64,000 bases of DNA. Source: Octopus sinensis. Taxonomy: Eukaryota. How positions within the stretch are numbered: the stretch's first letter is position 1; each line of letters begins with the position of its first letter. This document shows, one piece after another, positions 1 to 13,009 of the stretch. The position numbers and the translations under genes were made by a program. The notes under the pieces are model-generated. The model made no database searches. It had not been told where the DNA came from and saw nothing but the letters and a program-made list of their open reading frames with translations. Location of the stretch: contig NC_043025.1 of assembly GCF_006345805.1 (NCBI RefSeq), forward strand, positions 6,138,001 to 6,202,000. The letters are read 5' to 3'.

Positions 1-639
1 AAAACAGACATAAAATGAACAACTATACACACACACATGTATGAGTGAGTGGGCAAATGAAAGAAAGTAGCATTCAATACCTGTGTAGGTAGGGAGACTC
101 CAAAAGGACTCTCAGGGAGTAGCGTCCCTGCCTTCCTGAGCTAGTTTTCCACCACATTCCTTAATAATCGTGGTAGAGGCCTTTGTCTTGGGACCACTCG
201 TGTCTAGAAACTGAGGTTGGGGATAATCAAGGGCATCCTTCCCGTAGAAAACCCAGCTCTGAAAAGCCTCATGATAGCAAAGTGGGACTGAACCCGGAAC
301 CATGTGGTTGGTTAGCAAGCTACTTACCACACAGCCACTCATGTCCTTCAATGGATTGTGCAAAAAACATCCAATTCACTGGTACAAGTCAGTTGAATAG
401 CACATAAATATAGGTATAATTCAAATTACAAACAATAACTTAAACAGAAGGATACATTTGACAATCCAATAATTTATTTATATTATAATAGAATATAACA
501 TGATTATTAAAAACCCCTTTTTTTTTGTTTTTTTTTTTAATAATTGTCTATGTTATCTTATAGTCTATTCATATTATGTTATGTTATACAAATAAATTAT
601 TGGATTATCATGTGTACCTCTCTATCTAATTTATTGTTT

Positions 640-657
640 GTAATACATATATACATA

Positions 658-703
<46 letters not shown>

Positions 704-1290
704 CATACATATATATACATACTATATATATATAATTAGATATATACATACATATATATATATACATACATACATATATATTACATACATACATACATAC
801 ATATATACATACATACATACATACATACATTTACATATACATATATACATCTATACATACATACATACACATATTACAATATATATAATACATACATATA
901 TACAGACATTACATAATATACATACTACATATACATAATACCATATATATATACATACATATACATATACATACAATATAATGCATAATATACATATATA
1001 TATACATACATATATACTATACATAAATATATACATACATACATATATACATAATATATAGATACATACAATATATATACATACATTATACATACATATA
1101 TAATACATATATATACATATATATATATATACATATATAGACATATATATATATACACATATATATACACATATACATATATACATACATATATACATAC
1201 ATATATACATATATACATACATATACATACATAATACATATATATATATACACACACACACATACACATGCATACATACATACATACCCA
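640..1290. repeat. Compound (TA)n/(TACA)n/(CA)n microsatellite
   Basis: Directly visible. Similar tracts at 5140-5355, 5590-6400, 7870-8940, 30960-31900, 33520-33700, 34150-34700 and 37650-38147. Confidence 0.97.
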
Positions 1291-1435
1291 CCCACTGCTA
1301 CTCTTCACTCTGCTACCTAAGCTTGAATTAGACCAGCAGAGGTACAAAGGGATTGTGTGGAGGGAAGATGAACATGGACAGGTTAATAAGTTTGTCCTGT
1401 CGTACAGTCCCTCATATATATATATATGATATAAC

Positions 1436-1468
<33 letters not shown>

Positions 1469-1627
1469 ACACATATATATATATATATTATATATATATA
1501 GAAAATCATAAAAAAAAAAAATAATAACAAACAAAATAAAAACAACATTGCAAGGACATGTTACATGTAACGTATTAGCAGACAAATTTTTTTTTTTAAT
1601 CGCTAATTCACATGTGGTTACATTATA

Positions 1628-1976
1628 CATCATCATCATCATCATCATCGTTTAACGTCCGTTCTCCATGCTAGCATGGGTTGGACGGTTCAACTGGGGT
1701 CTGTGAAGCTGGAAGGCTTCGTCAGGCCCAGTCAGATCTGGCAGTGTTTCTACGGCTGGATGCCCTTCCTAACCCCAACCACTCCGTGAGTGTAGTAGGT
1801 GCTTTTTACGTGCCACCCGCACAGGTGCCAGACGGAGCTGGCAAACGGCCACGAATGGATGGTGCTTTTACGTGTCACCGGCACGGGGGCCAGGCGAGGC
1901 TGGCAACGGACACGAACGGATGGTGCTTTTACGTGCCACCAACACAGGGGCCAGACAGAGCTGGCAAACAGCCACA
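1628..1976 (-). mobile_element. SINE-like family A with an RTE-type (GAT)n tail
   Basis: Recurrent sequence ending GGACGTTAAAC(GAT)n on the sense strand. Other copies at about 3680-3835(-), 9420-9715(+), 11790-12085(-), 19225-19650(-), 23515-23990(+), 48780-49040(+), 49700-49935(+) and 53050-53400(+). Confidence 0.8.
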
Positions 1977-2086
1977 TATATATATATATATATAATATAT
2001 ATATATATATGTACGGTCCCCAGGTTGATTCGGGGTTAACCACAGTAAATAAGGTACTCAATACATAGCAGAGTAAAATTAATTTA

Positions 2087-2203
2087 TTATATAGAAGGAG
2101 CTTCTACAGGACTAGAACTGTTTCATTCAAGAGAAATCTTCGCTTCCTGAAGATTTCTCTTGAATGAAACAGTTCTAGTCCTGTAGAAGCTCCTTCTATA
2201 TAA
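2087..2203. repeat. Perfect inverted repeat, 55-bp arms and 7-nt loop, in a Penelope-like remnant
   Basis: Arms 2087-2141 and 2149-2203 are exact reverse complements. Penelope assignment is inference. Confidence 0.85.
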
Positions 2204-2244
2204 AAATATATATATATAATATATATATATATATATAGTAAATC

Positions 2245-2462
2245 CCCCAAAAAATAAATAAAAATAAAACAACATTGCAAGGACATGTTACATGTAACGT
2301 ATTAGCAGACACTCAGGGAGGAAAGAAAGGTGGTTTTATGTTTCGAGCAAAGCTCTTCATCAGAAAGAGAAGACAGGAAAGTCTAATAGAAAATGAAGAC
2401 GGAGGTTAAAAAGAAAAAAAAAATTTTTTTTTTTTAATCGCTAATTCACATGTGGTTACATA
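2245..2462 (-). mobile_element. Penelope-like remnant with hammerhead-like core (2333-2367)
   Basis: Minus strand reads CTGATGA-A-GAGC-TTT-GCTC-GAAA-CATA. Similar to 4720-4920. Confidence 0.55.
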
Positions 2463-3084
2463 TATACATATAGATATATACTCTTTTACTCGTTTCAGTC
2501 ATTTGACGCGGCCATGCTGGGAGCAGACGCCTTTGTCGAGCAAATCGTCCTCGGGCTTATGTTGGTCCCACTAACATTGCTTGACAACCGATGATGATGT
2601 GTTTATGTTCCACATCAAGTTAGAGGGGTTTGGCAAAAGAGACCGAATAGAATAAGTACTGGGCTAAAGATAAGTCCCTGGGGTCGAGTTGCTCGATTAA
2701 AAGCGGTGCTCCAGCATGGCCGCAGTCAATGATGAAAACAAGTAAAAAAAAAAGCATCATCATCAGTGCATCATTGTGTAATGTTGAACAATCAGACATA
2801 ATAATGCAGTGATTACACATCACAAGGTGAAACCTCATGTACAACAGTTGATCAAAAGATCTATTTCTTATCACTCACAAGGGGCTAAACACAGAGGGGA
2901 CAACACAAGGACAGACATAACACCAGTGTGTAACTGGTACTTAATTTATCGACCCCAAAAGCATGAAAGGCAAAGTCGACCAGGTGTGCTAACATTTCTG
3001 CCAGCTCGCCGCCTTCCAAGTTGATCCAAATATCATTTAGTAGAATCTCGAGAAATTCAAAGTATTAGACAACAAAATACATTC

Positions 3085-3625
3085 TCTCTTTTACTCTTTT
3101 ACTTATTTCCATCATTTGACTGCGGCCATGCTGGAGCACCGTCTTTAGTCTTATTTTTTGTAAGCCTAGTACTTATTCTATCGGTCTCTTTTGCCAAACC
3201 GCTAAGTTACAGGGACGTAAACACACCAACATCGGTTGTCAAGCGATGTTGGGGAGACAGACACAGACACACAAACATATGCACACACACATAAATATAT
3301 ACATATATACGATGGGCTTCTTTTAGTTTCCGTCTACCAAATTCACTCACAAGGCTTTGGTTGGCTCGAGGCTATAGTAGAGGACACTTGCCCGAGGTGC
3401 CACGCAGTGGGACTGAACCTGGAACCATGTGGTTGGTAAACAAGCTACTTACCACACAGCCACTCCTGCGCCTATACGATGGGCTTCTTTCAGTTTCCGT
3501 CTACCAAATCCACTCACAAGGCTTTGTTTGGCCCGAGGCTATAGTAGAGGACACTTGCCCGAGTTGCCACGCAGTGGGACTGAACCCGGAACCATGCGGT
3601 TGGTAAGCTAGCTACTTACCACACA
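3085..3625 (-). mobile_element. tRNA-derived SINE family B with a tandem-duplicated head
   Basis: Sense head GGCGCAGGAGTGGCTGTGTGGTAAG has an A box and a GGTTCAGTCCC B box, followed by a central (CA/TA)n tract and a TACTTGTTTCAGTCATTTGAC-type end. Most abundant family: about 3958-4318, 17245-17635, 18815-19200, 21325-22195(+), 22505-23300, 23300-23465(+), 24818-25200(+), 28565-29215, 38250-38445(+), 47730-48112, 54593-54960(+), 57635-58385 and 61455-61835. Confidence 0.88.
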
Positions 3626-4334
3626 GTAATGCACTTTATATCACAAGCTGATAGTTGTTTCTGTTGTGTTAACACATATCATTGTCATCGTCATCATTTA
3701 ACGTCCGTTTTCCATGCTGGCATGGGTTGGACAGTTTGACTGGGGGACCGGCAAGCTAGGAGGCTGCACCAGGCTCCAATCTGTTCTGGTAATGTTTCTA
3801 CAGCTTGATGCCCTTCCTAATGCCAACCAAGACCTTTGGTATTATGTTCTGCTTCATCAGAAGACCCATCAAGCTGAGCAAAATTGTAGTCATGGCTGGT
3901 GTCACACAAATTATATATATATATATATATATACATATGTATATATATATATATTTTTTTTCTTCTTTACTTGTTTCAGTCATTTGACTGCGGCCATGCT
4001 GGAGCACCGCCTTTAATCGAGCAACTCGACCCCGGACTTATTCTTTTGTAAGCCCAGTACTTATTCTATCGGTCGTCTCTTTTGCCGAACCACTAGGTAA
4101 CGGGGACATAAACACACCAGCATCGGTTGTCAAGCAATGCTAGGGGGACAAACACAGATACACAAACACATACATATATACGACGGGCTTCTTTCAGTTT
4201 CCGTCTACCAAATCCACTCACAAGGCTTTGGTCGGCCCGAGGCTATAGTAGAAGACACTTGCCCAAGGTGCCACGCAGTGGGACTGAACCCGGAACCATG
4301 TGGTTGGTAAACAAGCTATATATATATATATATA

Positions 4335-4450
4335 CTTTATTTAAAAGCTGCAGAAAATTAAACAAAACCTGTTACTCTGAGTTTCACATTCCCGTTCATC
4401 GGACAGTTTTTTCCCACCTTGTTTCACATTGATGTGTTTACTCCGGTATA
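4335..4450. mobile_element. Internally deleted copy of the foldback family seen at 20066-21062
   Basis: Shares TTTATTTAAA..CAGAAAATT..ACAAAACCTGTTACTCTGAG and GTTTCACATT.ATGTGTTTACTCCGG; flanked by (TA)n. Confidence 0.75.
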
Positions 4451-4719
4451 TATATATATATATATATTTCAACAATTGAGGGTAAAATTAATTAGTTATT
4501 AATCAATTTCACCAAGTATTCAGTATGTAAAGGGACCATTTAAGGCGAATTCAAAATATTACATTGTATAAAAGGGCTTAGTAAAATAAATTACTTTGCC
4601 ACATAATGAACTCATTAGAAATAGCAGCCAAAAAAAAAAAAGGATTTTTTAGCCATTTCTAATACTTAAAGAAAATTTCTCTCAGATAGTGCTTACTCAA
4701 AATATATATATATATATAC

Positions 4720-4920
4720 ATATATATATAGTTAATCCAAACATGAAAACAACAATGTGAGGACCTGGAACAAGTATAGTGTTATTGGACGCTCGGGAAA
4801 GAAGGAGGGTTTAACATTTCGAGCGGAGCTCTTCGTCAGAAACATAGGAAAAGGAAAGATCCAAAGAAGGGAAGATGGAGGAAAAAAAAAAATTGGCAAC
4901 GGTACACACGTGGTCACATT
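4720..4920 (-). mobile_element. Penelope-like remnant with hammerhead-like core (4809-4843)
   Basis: GTTT-CTGACGA-A-GAGC-TCC-GCTC-GAAA-TGTT-AAAC on the minus strand. Confidence 0.6.
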
Positions 4921-5357
4921 AATTTATTAAGTGATATATATATATATATATACGTGTGTGTGTGTGAGTGTCACCAAACCCTCAGCTGTTTCCAAGCAAT
5001 GTAATATTTTCCTAAGGTGCGACTTGTTTTTCACAGAAGATTGGAAATGAATAACGTTACTTGCACGTAATGCAACCATCATGGGATGACAGAACAAATG
5101 CAAACAAACAAACAGACACCCATATATATACATATGATTGTATGCATAAGTAAAAATACACACACACACACACAAACATACATATATACACACATATATA
5201 CACACACATATATACATATATATATACACACACATATATACATATATATATATACATACACATATATACATATATATATACACACACATATATACATATA
5301 TATATACACACACATATATACATATATATATACACACACATATATACATATACATAA

Positions 5358-5590
5358 AAGGCGGCGAGCTGGCAGAAACGGTAGCACGCCGGGCGAAATG
5401 CGTAGCCGTATTTCGTCTGCCGTTACGTTCTGAGTTCAAATTCCGCCGAGGTTGACTTTGCCTTTCATCCTTTCGGGGTCGATAAATTAAGTACCAGTTA
5501 CGCACTGGGGTCGATATAATCGACTGAATACCTTTGTCTGTCCTTGTTTGTCCCCTCTCTGTTTAGCCCCTTGTGGGTAGTAAAGAAATA
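5358..5590 (+). mobile_element. tRNA-derived SINE family C with a Nin/Deu-domain-like core
   Basis: Pol III boxes (AGCTGGCAGAAAC, GAGTTCAAATTCC) and a CCTTTCATCCTTTCGGGGTCGATAAA core resembling the Nin/Deu SINE domain; TAAAGAAATA tail. Also about 2865-3022(-), 12415-12627(+) and 52880-52970. Confidence 0.8.
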
Positions 5591-6358
5591 CATATATACA
5601 TATATATATACACACAACATATATACATATATATATACACACATATATACATATATATACACACATATATACATATATAATATACACACACATATACATA
5701 TATATACATACATATACACACACATATACATATATACACACATATACATATATATACACACACATATACATATATATACACACACACATATACATATATA
5801 TACACACACATATACATATATATACACACACATATACATATATATACACACACACATACATATATATACACACACACATATACATATATACACACACACA
5901 CACATATACATATATATACACACACACATATACATATATATACACACACACATATACATATATATACACACACACACATATACATATATATACACACACA
6001 CACATATACATATATATACACACACACACATATACATATATATACACACACACATATATACATATATATACACACACATATATATATATACACACATATA
6101 CATATATATACACACACACATATATATATACACACATATACATATATATACACACACACACATATATATATACACACATATACATATATATACACACACA
6201 CATATATATACACACACACACATATATATATACACACACACATACATATATATACACACACATACATATATACACACACACATACATATATATATACACA
6301 CACACATACATATATATACACACACACACACATATACATATATACACACACACACATA

Positions 6359-6390
<32 letters not shown>

Positions 6391-6747
6391 TATTTACATA
6401 CATTGATTTCATGCATAAACATCAGATAATATACCTACAGCAATTAAGAGCTCAATTAATAACACATCATCAAACTCTAATACATTATAACAATACAATA
6501 TTGATAGAATATACTTGCATGCATCTACAGAATCACACGAAACAAATCGTTTTTTTGTTCTTTTTCCTTTTCAATCTTTCATTTTTTTCTTATCCTAAAG
6601 AAAAGATAACTCATCACTTTCAAAATAAATATGTTTGTCAATTAAGGTGGTATGCGTTTGTAATCTATCGAAACAGCTGTAGAGTATGATTAATAATTAC
6701 TACTGGAATTCATCCTTTCCGGCTTCTTATTCTAAAACCCTGTGTGC

Positions 6748-6800
<53 letters not shown>

Positions 6801-7161
6801 GACTGTACATCATCTTTAAAGAACTTTAATGAACTTGGAAATCTGTTTATGTTACTTAATTATCTACATTACTTCATGAGTATAGCCTCAACCACTAGGA
6901 TGTCTAGAGAACTCACATGTATTTTAGCTGATGAGTACGGGACAACGTTTATATGCTGTAATTTTTGCAACTTTTAATAAAGCCTGTCCTTGTATGAAAT
7001 GATTGTACTAAAAACCTATCCATTCTTGTTGCTTCTTTCTCGCTTATAATCACCCACATTACTGTATTGTTAAAACAGTATAGTTTTTTTTTTGGTGCAT
7101 CTAAGTTAGGTACCATATTCAAGTAAATTCATTGAAATTAACTTGAATCTTTATTGCTTTT

Positions 7162-7193
<32 letters not shown>

Positions 7194-7292
7194 CATACAT
7201 ACAAACACACATATATGTGTAGATAGATATAATAAAATAGGGTAATAATAAATTATTATTACCAGTGGCCTAGCACAAAAAACAAAGTCTAA

Positions 7293-7622
<330 letters not shown>

Positions 7623-7900
7623 ATGATGGACTTCTTTTCAGTACTGTCTACCAAATCCACTCAAAAGGGTCTCTGGTGAGCCCAGAGCTATAGTAGAAAA
7701 CACTCTTGCAAGGTACCATGCAGTGGGACTGAAACCCAAACCATATGCTTGGGAAGCAAACTTCTAACAAAACAGCTACACTTGCCCCAATATAATACAT
7801 ATACTTTTTTTTTATATGCTCTACTTTCTGAAATGAGTTACGCAGCTTATCACTTCTTAGCAAACAAACAAAGTAATGAATATATATTTTATATATATAT

Positions 7901-7955
<55 letters not shown>

Positions 7956-8644
7956 TATATTGTGTGTATATGTATATATACATGTGTATATAGATATATA
8001 TTGTGTATGTTTGTAGATATATATATGCATATATACGAATGAGTATCTGTGTGTATCTATACATATGGATACATGTGTATATATGTCTGTATATGTGTGT
8101 GTGTACATATATATATATATATACACATATATATATACACACATATATATACACATATATATACATATATATATCACACCAACACACATATATATATACA
8201 CATATATATATACATATATATACACACACACATATATATATATACACACATTATATACACACACACATATATACACACACACATATATCACACACACACA
8301 TATATTACAACCACATATATACATACACACACATATATAACACACACATAATACACACATATATATATATACACACACATATATACACACACACATATAT
8401 ACACATATATATATATACACACACACACACATATATACACATATATATACACACACACACACATATATACACATATATATACACACACACACACATATAT
8501 ACACATATATATATACACACACACACACATATATACACACACACACACACACATATATATACACACACACACACATATATATACACACACACACATATAT
8601 ACACACACACACACATATATATACACACACACACACATATATAT

Positions 8645-8675
<31 letters not shown>

Positions 8676-9714
8676 AACACATATATACATATACACATAT
8701 ACACACAAACACACACATATACACACACACCACATTACACACACACACATATACACACACACACACCACCACACACCTACCACACACACACATACACACA
8801 CACACACCACACACATACACACACACACACACATACACACACACACACACACACATACATATATATTATATATAATATATATATATATATATACATATAC
8901 ACATATATATACACACATATACATACATATATATATATAAAAATCTTGATAAGTGTGTATGTTTCACATTCGTAGACATTTATTAATATATATTTATTAA
9001 TATACACAAATAGAAAAATTATATATCTCATCTACTTAATCTAATCATTTTGGGGGTTTATCTATCTAGGACTCCCAGCTACCCTTATCCTGCCCATTTC
9101 CTCGAGTTTCAACACCCTATTTCGTAATCTGTTCCTCCATATCTTGTTACCAAAATAATTTAGGTGGAGTGTAATATCTTGTGAAGCCACCCCCTCAAAA
9201 GGTGCTGTATGTATGCTAAGCTAATGAACATATCTCCACAGGGTCATTCACCTGCTAGAAACAACAGCCAAGTCACACTTATGTCATATAATAGCATCCT
9301 AAAAATGGAACACTACACAGGGGTACATTATTTTTATATTCACTTTCTTTTTCACGCCGGCATTGGTTAGATCAGTTCTCAACCATTTTTCATCTATGGA
9401 CTGGAGATATGTAAAAAGCACTATCCGAATCGTGGCCGAAGCCTGTGCCGCCTCGACTGGCACGTAAAATGGCACGTAAAATGCACCAATCCGACCGTGG
9501 CCAATGCCAGCCTCGCCTGGCACCAGTGCAGGTGGCACGTAAAAAGCACCCACTACACTCATGGAGTGGTTGGCATTAGGAAGGGCATCCAGCTGTAGAA
9601 ACATTGCCAGATAAGACCGGAGCCTGGTGCAGCCTTCTGGCTTCCCAGATCCCCGGTCGAACCGTCCAACCCATGCTAGCATGGAGAAAGGACGTTAAAC
9701 GATGATGATGATGG

Positions 9715-10000
9715 ACCCCTTCGATTACTATTTTATTCTGGTGGACCCTAATAGCCATTTGATGTTTAAAAAACTAGTTTTCTGGAAACTTCTTTCAAAA
9801 TTCCTATTTTGTTTTCCACACATTAACTTGTGTAGGTTGAACTATGGAAAAATGTTAGGGAAAGGAACCCAGCTGTTTCATGCAATACATAACCAATACA
9901 TACATCTAAAGCAGGGGTTCTCAACCATTTCCTCTGAATCCTTTTGATTCCTATTTTATTCTGGTGAACCCCATAGCCATTCGATGTTTAAAAACTGACC
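9715..10000. mobile_element. DNA-transposon/MITE remnant (hAT-like CAGGGGTTCTCAACC end)
   Basis: Reverse-orientation homolog of the repeats at 43988-44900. hAT assignment rests on the terminal motif only. Confidence 0.45.
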
Positions 10001-10194
10001 ATATATATATATATATATCTCTGCAATTTTACTTGGCTTGATGGGTCTTCTTCTCAAGCATGACATAATGCCAAAGGTCTCGGTCATTGCCTTCTTGAGG
10101 CCCAACACTCAAAAGGAACTCAGTCACTTTGCCTCCATGAGGCCCAATGCTCGAAAGGAACTCAGCCACACTGTCTCTGTAAGGCCCATACTGA

Positions 10195-10233
<39 letters not shown>

Positions 10234-10624
10234 CAAGGTCAGATTGCCTTTCATCTTTTCATGATCAATAAAATAAAGTACCAGTCGAGAAAATGGCTTG
10301 ATGGCATCAACCACCATATTTGGTAGCATAAAAGACTCAAGGGCATACTAGGTGCACCCGAATTTCAGCAGCAAGTATTTAGGGGAAAAAAAAAAACGTT
10401 TTTACTGCATTAAAGCATCTACGGATGCACGATAATGGAACAGCATTAAGATAAGCAGAGAAGCTTAAGAATTTTAGAGCCATATTCAAGAGTGATGGGA
10501 AGCTGAACTGGGTGCTGGAATTGCAGGTGCACGTACTGTAAGGTTCCAGCTTCAACAGCCAGTCCTAAGAAAGGGGTTGGTAAAGAAGAAGTGAAACTTG
10601 CTATCTTCATTTTGGTCTTCATGT

Positions 10625-11190
10625 CTAACCTCGAGGGGCTTTCTCCATCCAGGTTGCGGATCCGTGGAATAAGCTGCCGGATGAGATAGTGGTGATGCCG
10701 ACGACCGCTCAGTTCAAAGTCTCCCTTGACCACAAATGGCCTGAACTCTTTGCATGAACACCACCCCGTACATAACTCCATGTCCCCCTACATGGCCTTG
10801 CTTTTTGCTTTTTGAGCCAAAAAATTAATTTAACTTAACATACATACATACACACATTACATACATCATAAGCGGAAAGTGTAACCTCTCGAAAGAGCTG
10901 TTCTTCACTCCTGCTCCAGAGCGTCGGCTGCGGGGTCACTCCGAAAAGCTCTATCTGCGAAGATTTCATCTCAATCGAAGGAGAGGTGCTTTCTCCATCC
11001 AGGTTGCGGATCCATGGAATAAGCTGCCGGATGAGATAGTGATGATGCCGACGACCGCTCGGTTCAAAGTCTCTCTTGACCAGAAATGGCCTGAACTCTT
11101 TGCATGAACACCACCCCGTACATAACTCCATGTCCCCCTACATGGCCTTGCTTTTTGCTTTTTGAACCTAAAAATTAACTTAACTTAACC
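10625..11190 (+). mobile_element. Tandem pair of CR1-type LINE 3' ends
   Basis: Encodes degenerate RLRGHSEKL...FS.RVADPWNKLPDE (CR1/L2 RT C-terminus); (TTAAC)n tails. Confidence 0.85.
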
Positions 11191-11351
11191 TATGGTCATG
11201 AATGTTAGGTACACAAGCCAGCTAGGAAAACAGACATTAAAGGATGATGATGATGATAGTGACCACAAGAGTATAATCATGAATACAAATGGTAGAAACG
11301 GGGTTCTTCCGGAGGAGATCTTGAGTAATGTTATTTGAAACACAAATACAT

Positions 11352-11685
11352 ACACGTGGCTCAGTGGTTAGAGCGTCGAGCTTACGATTGTGAGGTTGTG
11401 AGCTCGAATCCCGGACCGGACTGTATGTTGTGTCCTTGAGCAAGACACTTTATTTCACGTTGCTCCAGTTCACTCAGCTGTAGAAATGAGTTATGACGTC
11501 ACAAGTGCCAAGCTGTATCGGCCCCTTTGCCTTTCCCTTGGATAACACTGTTGGCGTGGAGAGGGGAGGCCGGCATGCATGGGCAACTGCTGGTCTTCCA
11601 TAAAACAACCTTGCCCAGACTTGCGCCTCAGAGGGAAACTCTCTAGGTGCAAGCCCATGGTCAGTGTCTGACTGAAGGGGTCACA
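11352..11685 (+). mobile_element. tRNA-derived SINE family D
   Basis: TGGCTCAGTGGTTAGAGC A box, TCGAATCC B box, GTGTCCTTGAGCAAGACACTT core. Copies at about 38558-38900(+), 58640-58865(-) and 62765-63085(+). Confidence 0.8.
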
Positions 11686-13009
11686 TACACATATGTCTAT
11701 ACATTGTAATCCCTCAACTATCACAGGTGTTACATTCCAAAACTTCCTGTGACAGGTAGAAATCAGCTAAGTAGAAACAGTACTGTACTATCATCATCAT
11801 CATCATCATTTAGCGTCCGCTTTCCATGCCAGCATGGGTTGGACAGTTCAACTGGGGTCTGGGAAGCCAGAAGGCTGCATCAGGCCCAGTCTGATCTGGC
11901 AATGTTTCTACGGCTGAATGCCCTTCCTAACGCCAACCACTCCGTGAGTGTAGTGGGTGCTTTTTACGTGCCACCCGCACAGGTGCCAGACGGAGCTGGC
12001 AAACGGCCACGGATGGATGGTGCTTTTTACGTGCCACCGGCACAGGGCCAGGCGAGGCTGGCAACGGCCATGAACAGATGGTGCTATATTTTTTTTTATT
12101 ATTTTTATAATTTGTATATATCTATTTTATTATAAATGCAAAACAACACCACAGAGGAATCAATGTAAGCTTAAATAATAAACCGCAATAGGTGAACTGT
12201 GACATGGCGAGGGATTACTGGGTATGTGTGTGTGTATATATATATATATACATACATATCAGTTTCTGTCTACTATATCCACTCACAAGGCTTTGGTCAG
12301 CCGAGGATACAGTAGAAGACACTTGGCCAAGGTGCCAAACAGTGGGACCGAGCCTGGAACCATATGGTTGGGAAGTTAGCTTCTTACCACACAGCCATAC
12401 CTGCAACTATATATACGTTAGCGCGCCGGGCAAAATGCGTAGCCGTATTTCGTCTGCCGTTACGTTCTGGGTTCAAATTCCGCCGAGGTCGACTTTGCCT
12501 TTCATCCTTTCGGGTTCGATTAAATAAGTACCAGTTTTGCACTGGGGTCGATGTAATCGACTTAATCTCTTTGTCTGTCCTTGTTTGTCCCCTCTATGTT
12601 TAGCCCCTTGTGGGCAGTAAAGAAATATATTAACTGAAGCAAGAGCATGGACCTTTGTGACAGTAATGGGCACCTCTTGCAGCAGGTGTTCATAAAAGAA
12701 CTTACCGCCCACACAGACACATGCCTTCATTCCATCAGGGAACTTTACATTGAGTGATCTGCCTACTTCAGCTATGGCCAGCTGTTGCATGCAACACATA
12801 ATAGAGACGTAAATAAACATGTTAAAAATCCATTAATCCTGTTTTCAGTAAGGAAAGGCTTTATATACAAGACCAATCCCAATCTCTAAACAACATATTT
12901 CCAAAAAGCAGAAATAAAAAAAATCTGTTAGTCTATATCAGTGGTGGGCGGTATTGCCCCTGCCCCCTTGTGGTAGTGAAAAATTCCAAGGGGGCGTTGA
13001 AGTGAGACA

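Noticed and set aside
10446-11131. Minus-strand ORFs MELCTGWCSCKEFRPF...
   Set aside because: Antisense readings of CR1 3' ends.
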